A program made the translations under genes and the position numbers. This document shows positions 22,761-34,300 of a DNA stretch of 64,000 nucleotides, piece after piece (the stretch's first letter is position 1; each line of letters begins with the position of its first letter). The notes beneath the pieces are model-generated. The model worked only from the letters and a program-made list of their open reading frames with translations. It was not told where the DNA came from and ran no database searches. The DNA comes from Rhizaria sp. SCN 62-66 (lineage: Eukaryota): NCBI GenBank assembly GCA_001724265.1, contig MEDY01000070.1, positions 1 through 64,000 of the forward strand. The letters run 5' to 3'.

Positions 22761-25700
22761 TCAGAACTTACTGATTTTGATGTGCGTGGGCGCCTCGATA
22801 AGCATGCCCGCGTTGCCGTCAACGTCCTTGAGGTTGTCGCGGGGCACAAAGCGCGGCCACCAGCCGATGGTATCGGCAAAGGACATGACGCAGGGCACGA
22901 TGAACGAGCGCACGACGAAAGTGTCGAGCAGCACCGAAGTCACGAGCAGCCAGCCGGTCTGCTGCACGGCGCCCGAGTCCATGATGAGCAGCGAGCAGAA
23001 CGTGATGGCCATGATGAGCCCCGCGGCGGTAATGACGGGCGCGGTGTCGTAGAGGCCGAGCACAATGGCGGCCTCGTTGGTGTAACCCTCGACGCGGTAC
23101 TCGATGATGCGTGAGATGATGAACACGTCGTAGTCCAGCGCCAGGCCCAGCAGCACGATGAACGCAAACACGGGAATGTCCCAGTAGAACGCGCCCACGG
23201 AGTTAGACACGTTGCGGATGCCAAGAAAGTTCAGCGCACCATCCTGAGAATCAGTGAAAGGAATATTAAAGCACACACGTGTGGAAAAAAGTGAGTAACA
23301 TAAATCAGAATTACCACAACATGATGCAGCAACTTGTTTTGAGATATATGAATGCTCAAGTGTACGTACCTGGTAGATGAGGACGGCGAGTCCGAAGGTG
23401 GCAGCCATGGGGAAGATGAGCGTGAGCAGCAGACGAACAGGCACAAACACGGACTTGAGCAGCACGGCAATCGCGAAGAGCACGACCGCCGTGGTGACGC
23501 CAAGCATGAGCGGGAACTTTGACTGCGCCTCGTCGATCGTGTCGTGCTCGATGGGCTTGTAACCGCTGAGGTAGAGCGAGAACATGCCCGCCGGCTCGCC
23601 CGCCGCGGCCGCGCGCTCTTGCAGCGCGACGAAAACCTTGCGCGCACGGTCGATGAACTTACCCGCCGCGTTCGTCTCGGGGTCGAACGACGGGGAGATG
23701 GACACGCGCACGCAGCCCTGCACGGCCTCGGAGCCCGCGTCGGGCGGACCGCCGGCGGTGCTCTGCGCCCCGAGCATAAACCACGTCGCCTTGTACACGG
23801 GGTCGGTCTGCAGCAGCTCAACCGCAGCAGCCTAAGGAGAACAAGATCATAACAAACATAAAACTTATGATTAATAAATGTACGTGGCGCAATGAAAATA
23901 CAGAACAAACCAAATAGTTGAGCTCGAAAGATACGAAATAGCTTTTTAACAGAGTGCACGAAAAATAAGAATCACTTGATTCACGCACGTACCTTTGTCT
24001 CAACTGCGGTATCATTGTGGAAGAAGGGCGAGGTCATGTCGCCCATGGCGAGTTCGGCCTCGTCGCGCAGCGCCAGGACGACGGAGACGCCCTTGCGCAT
24101 CATGACGTCGTCAAGCACCACGGGCAGCCCGGTGGGCGGAGTCTGGTCTTCGGGGACGTAGCGGATGAGCACCTCCATGGGCTGGATCAACCCGGGCCCG
24201 AAGGCGTCGGAGAGCTGCTCCAGCGTGTGGCGCGCGGGGGAGCGCTGCGGCAGCGCGAGCGCAATCGAGGACGAGAGCTTGAGGGAGAAGACGCGCGACG
24301 CTAGCGCGCCGAGCAGCGCAAAGACAATGAGCAGCGAGATCAGGTTCGCGGGGAAACGCACCAGGAAGCTGCCGATCTTGAACCAGCACGAGCGACGCAT
24401 CTTGGCCTGCTTCTCCGCGTGCGCCGCCAGCGCGGTGCCGCCCGCCGCGCCCGCAGCGCCGCCGTCGAGCGGCACGTCGTATGCGGCGCTGTCGTACTGC
24501 CCGTACTGGGCGCCGGCGGCGGCGGAGGAGGACGAGGAGGAGGCGTTGGGGTTGAGCGCCGAGGGCGAGAGGATCGCCACGCGCTCCTCGCGGCGCCGCC
24601 GCTGCGCGCTGCTCTTGCCGGCGCCGAGCGAGAGGCGGCCCGACGCCGCGGCGATGCCCTTGCTGACGCGGCGCTCCTCCTCCGAGTCCTCGGCGTCGGC
24701 GCCCTGCGCGAGCGTCGGCAGCTCGAGCCGGCGCGCGCCGCCGACTCCGCGCGCGGCCGCGTCGTCGCTGTCACTACCGCTGCCCGCGCCCGCCGCGCCG
24801 CCGGACCCGGCGCCGCCCTCGCCGTCGTAGTCCAAGTACTCCTCCTCGTCGCCATCATCGAAGTCTGAGGCGCCCGCGTCCGTGGACACAAGTCCGCTAC
24901 GCAGACCGTGGCGGTACTCGTTGCCGCCGCGCTTGCTGGTCCCGCGGCCGGCGTCGTCGCCGTCGCTGTCGCTCTCGCGCGCGCCGCGCCGGGCGGCCCT
25001 GTTGTTCGCGGCGCCGGCCTTCTTCCCGCCCTTGCGCGCGCGGCCCCCCGCCCCGCTACTATGGCACGCGGCGGGGCTGCGCAGCGTCTGCGTGAACACG
25101 CCGTGCGCGGCCGTGGCGTTGGTGCGGCCGTCGCTGGCAATCTCCCCTGCGGCGATCGCGGCGAGCGACTGCGCGTAGTCAGGGTCCTCGGCCTCCACTT
25201 CGTCGCCGGTGTAGTCGACGTCGCCGAGCATGTGTCGGCGGCGCGCGGGGCAGCAGCAGCGGTAGAACGCCTCGGGCCACGCGTTGTAATCGGTGAAGAA
25301 GGCCGGGAAGGCTAGCACGAGCGCGGGGGTAAGCGAGAGCGCGGTCATGATGCTCAGCGCGATGGCCACCACGTTGGCGATCGCCGGCTGAATCAGGAAC
25401 GTGCACTGCGAGATGAAGAACCCGCTAAAGGAGATGATGAGCGTGAATCCAGACACCAACACAACGTGGCCCGAGTGGCGGAGTGCGGCGCCGACCGAGG
25501 CCCGCACCAGCGCGCGCATGGGCCGCTCGTCCAGCGGGTGCGGATCCTCAGGGTCGTAGGCCGCCCTCGCCGCCGCACTATAGCCCGCGGCCGCGTGCGC
25601 GCTGTGCGCGGCTGCCGCGGCACCCACAGCCGTCGTAAAGCGCGCGCGCGGGCGCGCCAGGCGCTCCTGCTGCGCGGCGGCGGCCGCGGCGGCGGCGGCC

Positions 25701-26908
25701 GCGGCGGCAGTGACCGTGGCGCGCTTGGCGCCGCCGGGCGTGGCGGCCGCGGTAGCGGCGGCGGAGGCGGCGGCCGCGGCGGCGTCCGCGAGCGCTAGCG
25801 CGCGGCGGCGGTGCCAGGCGGTGCGGCGCGCCTCGAGCTCGGAGTTGAAGCGCGTGAAGAAGAAGAGTCCGTAGTCGATGGTGATGGCCATGGCAATGAC
25901 CTGCACGAACTGTGGCGTGATGGCCTGCGGCGGCGTCGTCGCCTCCGCGATGTGAAGCATTGCGGCAAAGGCCGCCAGCACCGTGGTGGCAATGCAGAGC
26001 CCAGTGACGATGAGAAAGCGCCAGGAGCGGACCATGTAGACGAAGATGGCGAGCGCGATGGGCACGGTGAAGATGTCCGCGCGGGCGATGTTGGCAGTGA
26101 TCGACCCCGTGGTGTCCTCGGTGAGGGCGTCGGAGCCCGTGGTGCCCAGTTCGCAGCCGGGGCAGCGCGCCCCCACGGCCGCGTCCGAGAAGAGCGAGCG
26201 CAGGTGGTGGTACGCGCCGTAGCGCACGTCGTCCGTCTGCGAGCGGAAAGCGGTCCACACAGCGAACGTGGTCAAGCCATCGGCCGACACGTAGTCGTGC
26301 TTCATCGGGTCCAAGTCAGTGCCGTTAAACGCAAAGTAGCTCTGCACGCGCGTGGTGTTGAACAGCGCCGGGTAGCGCTCGAACATGCGCGTCTGCAGGT
26401 CGGTGAAGAGCGCGGCCGTGTCGTCCCCAAGCACGGGCGCCACCGAAGACGCCGGCGACGGGCAGTTGCCGGCCGCGAGCGAGCAGGAGAGCACGATAAT
26501 CCAGGACGTCTCGCCGGACAGAAGCGGATAGAAGAAGTTCTGCGCGGTCATCGCCACATCGCTTTGCGAACCTGTTGTGTGGGGGCAATCGTCAGCACGT
26601 GTGTTTGAGAGCGAATGTGAGAAGAGAAAGAGTGTACAGACAGTGGGTAATATAATGAGTGTTAGAAAGTATAATCAAGTAAAACAGATAGAATCAAACA
26701 TAGACAAATTTAGAGCAACGTCTGATTTGGTGCTTGTCTTTGTTTGCTGCGTGGAAAACGTACCGCTTGTGACTTGAATCATGTTGTCTGTGGAAGAGAG
26801 AAACTTGGGGCCCTCGACGACACCCCAGACGAGCACAGCAAGCCAGAGGGTGGCAAAGACAAACCAAAAGCGCTCCAAGACGCGGACGTAGCCCGCGACG
26901 CAGCCCAT
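22761..26908 (-). CDS. MmpL-type RND superfamily transporter, about 1222 aa, 4 exons
   Basis: Exons 26908-26764, 26571-23993, 23831-23370, 23243-22761. Two RND halves with TM4 MAITIDYGLF and TM10 GLALDYDVFIISRI, plus SGHVVLVSGFT, TAPVITAAGLIM and LLDTFVVRSFIVP. The 3' end (TGA) is provisional because of a possible donor at 22771. Confidence 0.85.
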
Positions 26909-27627
26909 GGCTCTCTAAAACAGAAACAAATATACAGCAGGGCATGATAAGATGACGTTGGAGAGAGGCTAAAGTGACTCGGGAAGGCAGCGTAAGAAAA
27001 TATCAGTTATTGCGTTAAAAAAACATGCTTAAGGGTATTCCATTTAAAACATAGTGCGAAACTTTAACAGTCACCTTGAGGTCATTTGAAATATCTACTG
27101 ACGGATTGTGCAGAGCAGGAGACTCGCTTGCCGATGAGTAAATCGCGCATCGACTCACCAGCGACTGGGACGACGTGGCTTGCCATTACGCCCTGGCTTC
27201 AGCACCAAAACAGGGTTTCTCAGTTGCAATACGAGGTGCTATCCGGATGTGAATCACGTTTTATATATATTGCTTGCTTTTTTATGATATAATCGGTAAA
27301 TTAGTTTGTATTTTAGTCTGTAATATCCTCATATCTCCCCTTTGTCATGTCAGGCTCTCAGCAGCCAGTCGCCCCACACAGCCCGCGCCGGCCCTCGCCA
27401 GCTGCCCGTGGTGGCACTGCGCTCGCACGCCTGTCACTCAGCCACTCTCTTCCCCGCCACACCCCTCACACACGCACACGCGCAATCTCTGTCTCGTCTC
27501 AATAGTGCGCATACGCCGACAAAAAAGACCATCTAAAACAAAAGCGTTGCAAATCAAGTCAAGTTACTCACATTACATCAGTGTTACTTGTCCTCGCTTC
27601 ATCTGTAAACGTTAGCCGCTTAGTTAC

Positions 27628-28593
27628 TTAGAAGAGTGCCTTGTAGAGGAAGTAGAGCACGAGCAGCGCGGCGACGACGGCCGCAACCACGAGCTGCGGC
27701 TTCGTCTCGACGTACAGCTGTGCGAGCTGCATCACGTAGTAGATGTTCTGCTTCATCGTGAGCTTCGAATCGCCCTGCTCGCGGTCGCGGAACACGATGG
27801 GGACCTCCTGGATGCGCGCGCAGCCGCAGCGGACCATGAGCTCGAGCCCGATCTTGAAGCCCATGGCGTTGACCTTGGTCTTGCGCGCCAGCGTCGTGCG
27901 GCGCAGCGCGAAGAATCCCGACATCGGGTCCGAGCACGCGACGAGCGGGCGCGCCATCAGCGTCGCGGCCCAGGAGATGAGCTTGCGGTGCACAGGCCAG
28001 TCCTTGACAGCGCCGCCGTCGACGTTGCGGGAGCCGACGCAGAAGTCGGCCGCGCCCGAGAAGACCGGCGCCACCAGCGACGGCAGGTACACGGGGTCGT
28101 GCTGCAGGTCGGCGTCCATGCAGACCAGGACCTCGTTCTTGGCGGCCGCGAAGCCCGCGAGCACGGCAGAGGAGAGGCCGCGCTCAGTGGTGCGAACGAT
28201 GATCGAGACGTTGTAGCCGGCGGCCTTCATCTCGGCAACCTTCTCGACGGATCCGTCGCGCGAGTTGTCGTCGACAAAGATGATCTCAGCCTCGAGATTC
28301 GCCTTCTTAAGCTCTGCAATAACATTGCACGGGTAGAAGAATACGGGAACGAGGAAGCGCGTGAGGGAAGATTCATAGGCGGAACGAGACCGAACAATGG
28401 AAACGTGCAGGTTATCTGTAGACTCAAAGTAAAATGTAAGCAGAAATACACGCAATATCTATGAAAACGTACCGGCAAAGACCTGCTTAGTGAGGGGAAT
28501 GATGTTTAGGACCTCCTTGTAGGCAGGGACGATGATCGACAGAGCGCCCTTGATAGGAGCCTCAGCACCGCCGCGCTTAGTAACAACAGACAT
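27628..28593 (-). CDS. DPM1: Dolichol-phosphate mannosyltransferase (GT2) with C-terminal hydrophobic anchor, about 268 aa, 2 exons
   Basis: Exons 28593-28473 and 28313-27628. Motifs LSIIVPAYKE, FVDDNSRDGS, RGLSSAV, MDADLQHDP, SDPMSGFF, EVPIVFRDREQGDSKL. Ends TAA. Confidence 0.85.
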
Positions 28594-29239
28594 CTCTATG
28601 GAGAACATAATTAAAAGAAAATAAAATATTAGCCACAAGCCTATCTTGAGGAACACAGAAATTGCGCAACAACGATCAAAATAGCCACAATGAGAAGCGA
28701 AAAAGGGGGAACATTCCTCGGTGACTCATCACGGTCACACTCGGGTGACCGTCGACCGGCTTGTGGCGGGCGAGGCATATCGCACTGCCTCGCGCGCATC
28801 TCATCGCCGATAGTCCTGCTTCGCTTTTATCTGGACTGCCTTTGAGTCGAATTTTTTTGTATGCAAATTGAATTTCAAGCAAATCCCATCTTGCTTGTCA
28901 GCGACTCACTTTATCTTTTGACCTGACCGACGACGTATCACAGACGTCATCCCTTTCAGGAAAATGTCAACTGTCTTGTTCAACTCCGCTTGCAACGTGC
29001 ACATGTTGTTTCTCTAAGTGCTCCGTACCTTTGCTACTCCGTATCCTGCTTTACTTGCTCATAACTCCTTGGTACACATATATCCACACACTTTTGCGCT
29101 TCTCACGCCCCTCCGCATCCGCCACACCTCCTCAGCCCTCCGGAGCTTCCCACCGCGTATCCCGCCCTTCACCTTGCTTCTCCGTCTTGCTAGCGCTTCT
29201 TAACACGCGCTTTTGCCCGCGCTCCGCGCCCCCCGGCCA

Positions 29240-30577
29240 ATGTCCCAGCCCGTCTCAAGCCCTGGCAGCGGGACCAGTGGCACTGCAGGCAGCAGCAGCA
29301 GCGCAAATAGCGGCGGCGGTCACAAAGAGCCTGCGTGGCTGGCAGGCATTAACTCCATCCTTCCGCAGCCGCTGAGCAAGGCCTCTCTGGCGTATCTCGC
29401 CGCCGGCGCGACGGCGCGCATGACTGGCGCCGTGCTGACGTGTCCGCTCGACACACTCAAAGCGCGCATGCAGTTCACACAGCAGTCGTCCGAGGTAAAG
29501 CAGTACGCGTCCACGCGCGACGCCATCTCGCGCATGCTCTCGCAGGAGGGCCCCTTGACCTTCTACCGCGGACTCCCCGCGCGCCTCATGTACGTCGGTC
29601 CCGCGGCGGCGGTATCATTCCTCTTCTACGAGCAGTTCCGGCACCTGTTCCACCGACCCAAGACGGACTCGGCCAGCTACGTCAAGGCCGTGCTGCCACT
29701 CGCCGCCGCGGGCGTCATGCGCGTGCTGGGCACCACGCTGCGCACGCCCTTTGACGTTGTGCGCCAGCGCATGCAGGTCATGGGCGGGCTGCGCGCCTAC
29801 TCCAAGGAGCGCGCCGCTGAGGCGCGGCTGCGGCCCGACGCGCCCGCGGTGCGCGGCGTGTACAAGAACACCTTCCACGCTATGACGTCCGTCGTGCGCC
29901 TCGAAGGGCTGCGTGCGCTCTTTGCCGGCGTGGGCGTCACCATTTTGCGCGACATCCCGTTCTCAGTGGTGTACTTCCTCGCGTACGAGTCGTTCCGCAC
30001 GGCGCAGCAGGCGCTGCGCGGCGGCTCCGAGACCGATGACCGGCTGGGCACCGCCAACCACATGATCTCTGGCGCGCTGGGCGCCGCGTGCGGCGTGCTG
30101 GTGTCGAACCCGCTGGACGTGGCCAAGACGCGGCTGCAGACGCAGGGTGCGCTGGCGCAGCGGCGCTACGGCGGCGTGCGCGATGTGCTGGCGACCGTGC
30201 TGCGCGAAGACGGCCCGCGCGGCCTCATGCGCGGGCTCGGGCCGCGTCTGCTCTATCTCTGCCCCTCGGCCGCCGTGACCTTCGCGCTCTACGAGTTCTT
30301 TAAGAAGCGCTACGCCGCACTTATGGGCATCGACGCGAACGAGATCAAGAAACGCGTCGTCGGGAGCAGTAGCGGCGCGAACATCGACAACGTGGCTGCT
30401 GCAGCCTCTGCGGCTGCGACCGCAGGTGCCAGTACGAGTCCACCCAGTGCGGGCGTGGCGATCGTGTCTATGGCGTCGACCGGTGTCATGGGCCCGGTGC
30501 CGGGAAGTGCAGAGGACATCTGCGACCACGACGCCAACGAAGACGACCTCCAGAGCAAACCGATCGACTGCGAATGA
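29240..30577 (+). CDS. Mitochondrial carrier (SLC25) family protein, about 445 aa, substrate not assigned
   Basis: Three Px[DE]xx[KR]x[KR] signatures: PLDTLKAR, PFDVVRQR, PLDVAKTR. Ends TGA. Confidence 0.93.
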   Translation: MSQPVSSPGSGTSGTAGSSSSANSGGGHKEPAWLAGINSILPQPLSKASLAYLAAGATARMTGAVLTCPLDTLKARMQFTQQSSEVKQYASTRDAISRMLSQEGPLTFYRGLPARLMYVGPAAAVSFLFYEQFRHLFHRPKTDSASYVKAVLPLAAAGVMRVLGTTLRTPFDVVRQRMQVMGGLRAYSKERAAEARLRPDAPAVRGVYKNTFHAMTSVVRLEGLRALFAGVGVTILRDIPFSVVYFLAYESFRTAQQALRGGSETDDRLGTANHMISGALGAACGVLVSNPLDVAKTRLQTQGALAQRRYGGVRDVLATVLREDGPRGLMRGLGPRLLYLCPSAAVTFALYEFFKKRYAALMGIDANEIKKRVVGSSSGANIDNVAAAASAAATAGASTSPPSAGVAIVSMASTGVMGPVPGSAEDICDHDANEDDLQSKPIDCE

Positions 30578-31306
30578 GCACAGCGACCGCTGCGTTCAGA
30601 GAGGCGTTGTTGATCTTTCTTTTTTAGTCTCAAAAATACTCGTCATTAAAAACCGCAACTCTCTCATTACCAGCACTAATACTACTTGAAATACCACATA
30701 TTAATTCATTCTAGATTAAGATATTGTCTCTTAAGTCCGTTGTTCCGCAAACCCGAAATACTCGAGGATATTACACCACATATCAACGCAGGTATCTTTT
30801 GAACAAGTGTTGGCTTACAGCAACTTTATTAGATGAAAGTAGTGTAGTTGTGTAGGTTTGAAATGAATTCAGCTTGTTCAAGCGCTCTGTAAGCATGAAA
30901 ATCGCGTGTTACTGTGAGATTCGCCATGGTCACCACGGCGACAGAGAGCCGCAAAGTCGGCTGATTTGGGCCACTGGATGCCTGTTAACGAAATGCACGT
31001 GGCTAATTAAATAGAAGTAACCGCATTTGTTTCTCCTCAAGAATTTATTTATTGAATCATGTTTATCAGCGCGCATTAACGTATGTCAATCGGACGGGGA
31101 GGGTTTTTTCGGAACCTTGCCTGGTTGACCGTGGACAGCGGCTTACTTTCGCGAGCTGCCTCGGCGAGAGCAATCAAAAGATTGAGAATTGTGGCGTATA
31201 TAGACTGTTATTTCTCATCTGGTATTTTGCCTGTGATTGCCTGTGTTGTTTTTCTTTTGTTCCGCTTACTTAAGACTCTTCTTACCCTTGTTTTCCTTCA
31301 CTGTAG

Positions 31307-34300
31307 ATGTTACCGACGTCGAAGGCTCTGATGAGAGCCTACGCCGTCGCTGTAGCACTTTTGGCAGTCGCCACAACAACGGTACGCATCCATTCGTTCT
31401 GTAAGCAATTTCCCAACATTGCCATGGACCTTAAAAAATCTCTCCCCCTGTCTAGATCTTTTCCAGGCTCTGTCTTCCCCGTATACAGGTCCTTCAAATG
31501 GGGAGTTCACCCTCACCTTTGTCGTTGCTAGGGCTAGACACCTGCTCGCCCTCATTTTGCAGCGTCCGCCTGCCGTGTAACACCGCTCTTTATGGCGTAA
31601 CACATTCTCATATGATCAAATGTGTCCTCTGCTTTCCCCATCTCACTCTCCTTTCGCGCTCTCTGTAGGTCTGGGCTGCCCCTGACTATTCTATTCGCTT
31701 CAACCCTGCGACAGCGGAAGGGTTTGGCTATGCGAACTCGATGACGTCCATCGAGGTCGCGTTCCCTTCCCTGCCTGCTCTCTCTGCTGTTGACTCTATC
31801 AGCGTCTCTGTTGGCGCTGGCTACTTTGTTGAGTCGGACGTCAAGGCCGCTTGCGTGCTCCGTTCCGCCGACAGCAACGTCGCTCTGTCCTCCAACGCCA
31901 TCCCCCGCTCCGTCTTCATCAACTCCCAGGGCAAGCTCACCCTGCAGTACAAGCCTATCAGCTCTGTTGCTGCCGGCAGCGCTGTTCTCGCGTGCTCTGG
32001 TATCATTACCCCGCAGACCCCCACCGTCACCGCGTCATCTGGTTCGCTCCTGCTCGCTGACGCCGAGGCCGCGCCCATCACCGTGCCCCGCATCGTGTCG
32101 GCCGTCCTCAACTCGCTCTCCGGTGTCACCTACAAGCTCTCCAACGCGTCCTGGGCTGCCGACGACGTCCAGCTTACCATCTCCGGCCCCGCGTCGTTCG
32201 CGCTGCGCGCCGGCAACGTGGTCCGCATCGCTGTGCCTGTCGGCATGTCCGCCTCTGCGCAGAGCGAGGACGAGTCCGTGTGTGTCTTCTCCGACGCCAC
32301 CACGGCCGTCTGGACTCCCAACACCGACAATGGCGCCGAGTTCGTCGAGGTCGCTGTGCCCCGTGACGGCGCCACCCTCGCACAGATTATCTGCGGCCCG
32401 TTCATCACGGCGCTGACGCTCGAGGGCACCGGCTCCGTCACCATCTACGCCGACGCCGCCCAGGCCCGCGCGCAGCTCGCCCCCGTCGCCGTCGCCAGCA
32501 ACATCGCCGTGCCCGCGCTTAAGGCCGGCCCGCTGGGCGACCGCGCGTTCATTGTGCTGGACCCCGAGCACCACAAGGTGACCTACTTCCTGTCCCGCCC
32601 GCGCACCGCCGCTGAGATGTTTGAGGAGGTCCACGTCGCCGACTTGCCCACATTCTCCGAGGCCACCTTCTGGTCCGCCGACAACTCTCAGTCCCGCTGC
32701 GAGTTTGACGGGAAGTATATTGACCACCAGAACGTAAATGAACTCCGGCTCGAGAACCTCGCCCTCGCTGGCTCGCTCGACGCGAGCAACATCCTCAAGA
32801 TCACGTGCTCTATGGTCAACTTCGCGGGCGTCGCAGTCCCGCGCTCGCGCGTCTCGCTCTTGCTTATCAATAGCGGAAACGTTGTAAAGACCATCCCGGC
32901 CTCGGTCAACGCCTACCGCCCCGCGCGCATGCAGGCGGACGTCTCTTTTAGTGCGCCTTACCCCGGTGCCACGACGAAGCTCACAATCTCCATCCCTGAG
33001 ATCACTGTTTCTGTTCCTTCGTCCATTTTTAACGGCCTTCCTTCGCCCAGCCCCCTTGATGACTACACACGCGTGATCGACATCGAGACACCCGCGTCCT
33101 ACGGCTCGCTCATCCACTCAGATAAAGGCACTGACGATTGCCAAATCGCCATCACCGAGGGGTCCACCACGAACTACTACCCAGCTGCGCTCGCCGCTGT
33201 CACGACCTCTGGTGCGCTCCGTGTGAACATCGGGACGTCGTCTGATTATCTGGCTAAGGGGGCGCGCAACATCAAGATTGAGTGCGAGGTTGAGGTCCGT
33301 CGCACCGACACTCCTTCTGGCCGCGGCATTATCAATTACTCTGGTCGGATCGTCTACGGCATCGCCTCGGGCCGCGTGCCCATGCAGTTCAGCCACATCG
33401 CCGCCGCCGGCCCCGCCGCGCTGCCCCGCGTGTCCGACTCCCTCCTTTCGCTCGCGCCTGTGACTGCGTGGTTCACCACTGCCCAGAACCTCGTCCAGGC
33501 CGGCTCCGAAGTAGACTGCACTCTCTACGTCCAGACCGACTCGACCTTGCCCGCCGACATGCTCGTCGTGCTGGGCGACATGCCGAAGTATGACGGCATC
33601 TCCACCGTGACTGACTACGCCTCTAACAGGCTTCCTGAGATCACCGCGGGCTATTCTGCGTCCACGACATGCACTTATCACGCCAACAACCTCGTTGATA
33701 CCTTTAATGGCGACAGTATTGCGCTCAAGATCGTCTGGTTCCGTTCGTGGACTGACAAGATCATCACCATTGCCGCCGCCAAGCCCATCCAGACGACTAA
33801 GACGGCGCCTTCCCTTTCTCTCACGACCTCCATCCCTACTGGCAGTAAGGTGATGGAGCCTACGACGCTGGAGATTCGGCCCGATGTCACGCTCTACTCG
33901 TCGTCGAGCGCTGCGCCCAAGAACTACACGCTCACGGTCGACTTGGTCGAGCCTATCATCGCCACGGACTCGTTTAAGTGCGTGTCCGTTAATACCGAAA
34001 GTGAGTTCGTCAACCAGCTCCGTGCGTACGCTTTCGCGCCCTACAACGCTTCTGCCCTGACGACGAGTGCGACCGAGAGCACCAACGCCTACGGCTCTCT
34101 TGTCTTCACACTGCTGGCCGCGGACCAGGTGCTCGGCGTGCCTGTCCAGTGCTCCGGCCTGTACTTCACTCGCGTCGTCGCGTCGGGTGCTGCTGTTCTC
34201 AACATCACCACCGCGTCGCTTGTGCGCCAGTCCGACAACGTTGTCATTGTCGCCGGTGTTGCCCCCAAGAAGATGTGCCAATCCTATCCCTGCTCTGAAG

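Noticed and set aside
22685-22771. Extra MmpL intron (GTAAGT at 22771 to CTTTCAG at 22693, minus) that would be followed by N-I-TAG
   Set aside because: At 79 nt it is shorter than every other intron modelled here, and the unspliced frame ends normally at TGA. If RNA-seq confirmed it together with termination at that TAG, it would count against full UAG reassignment.
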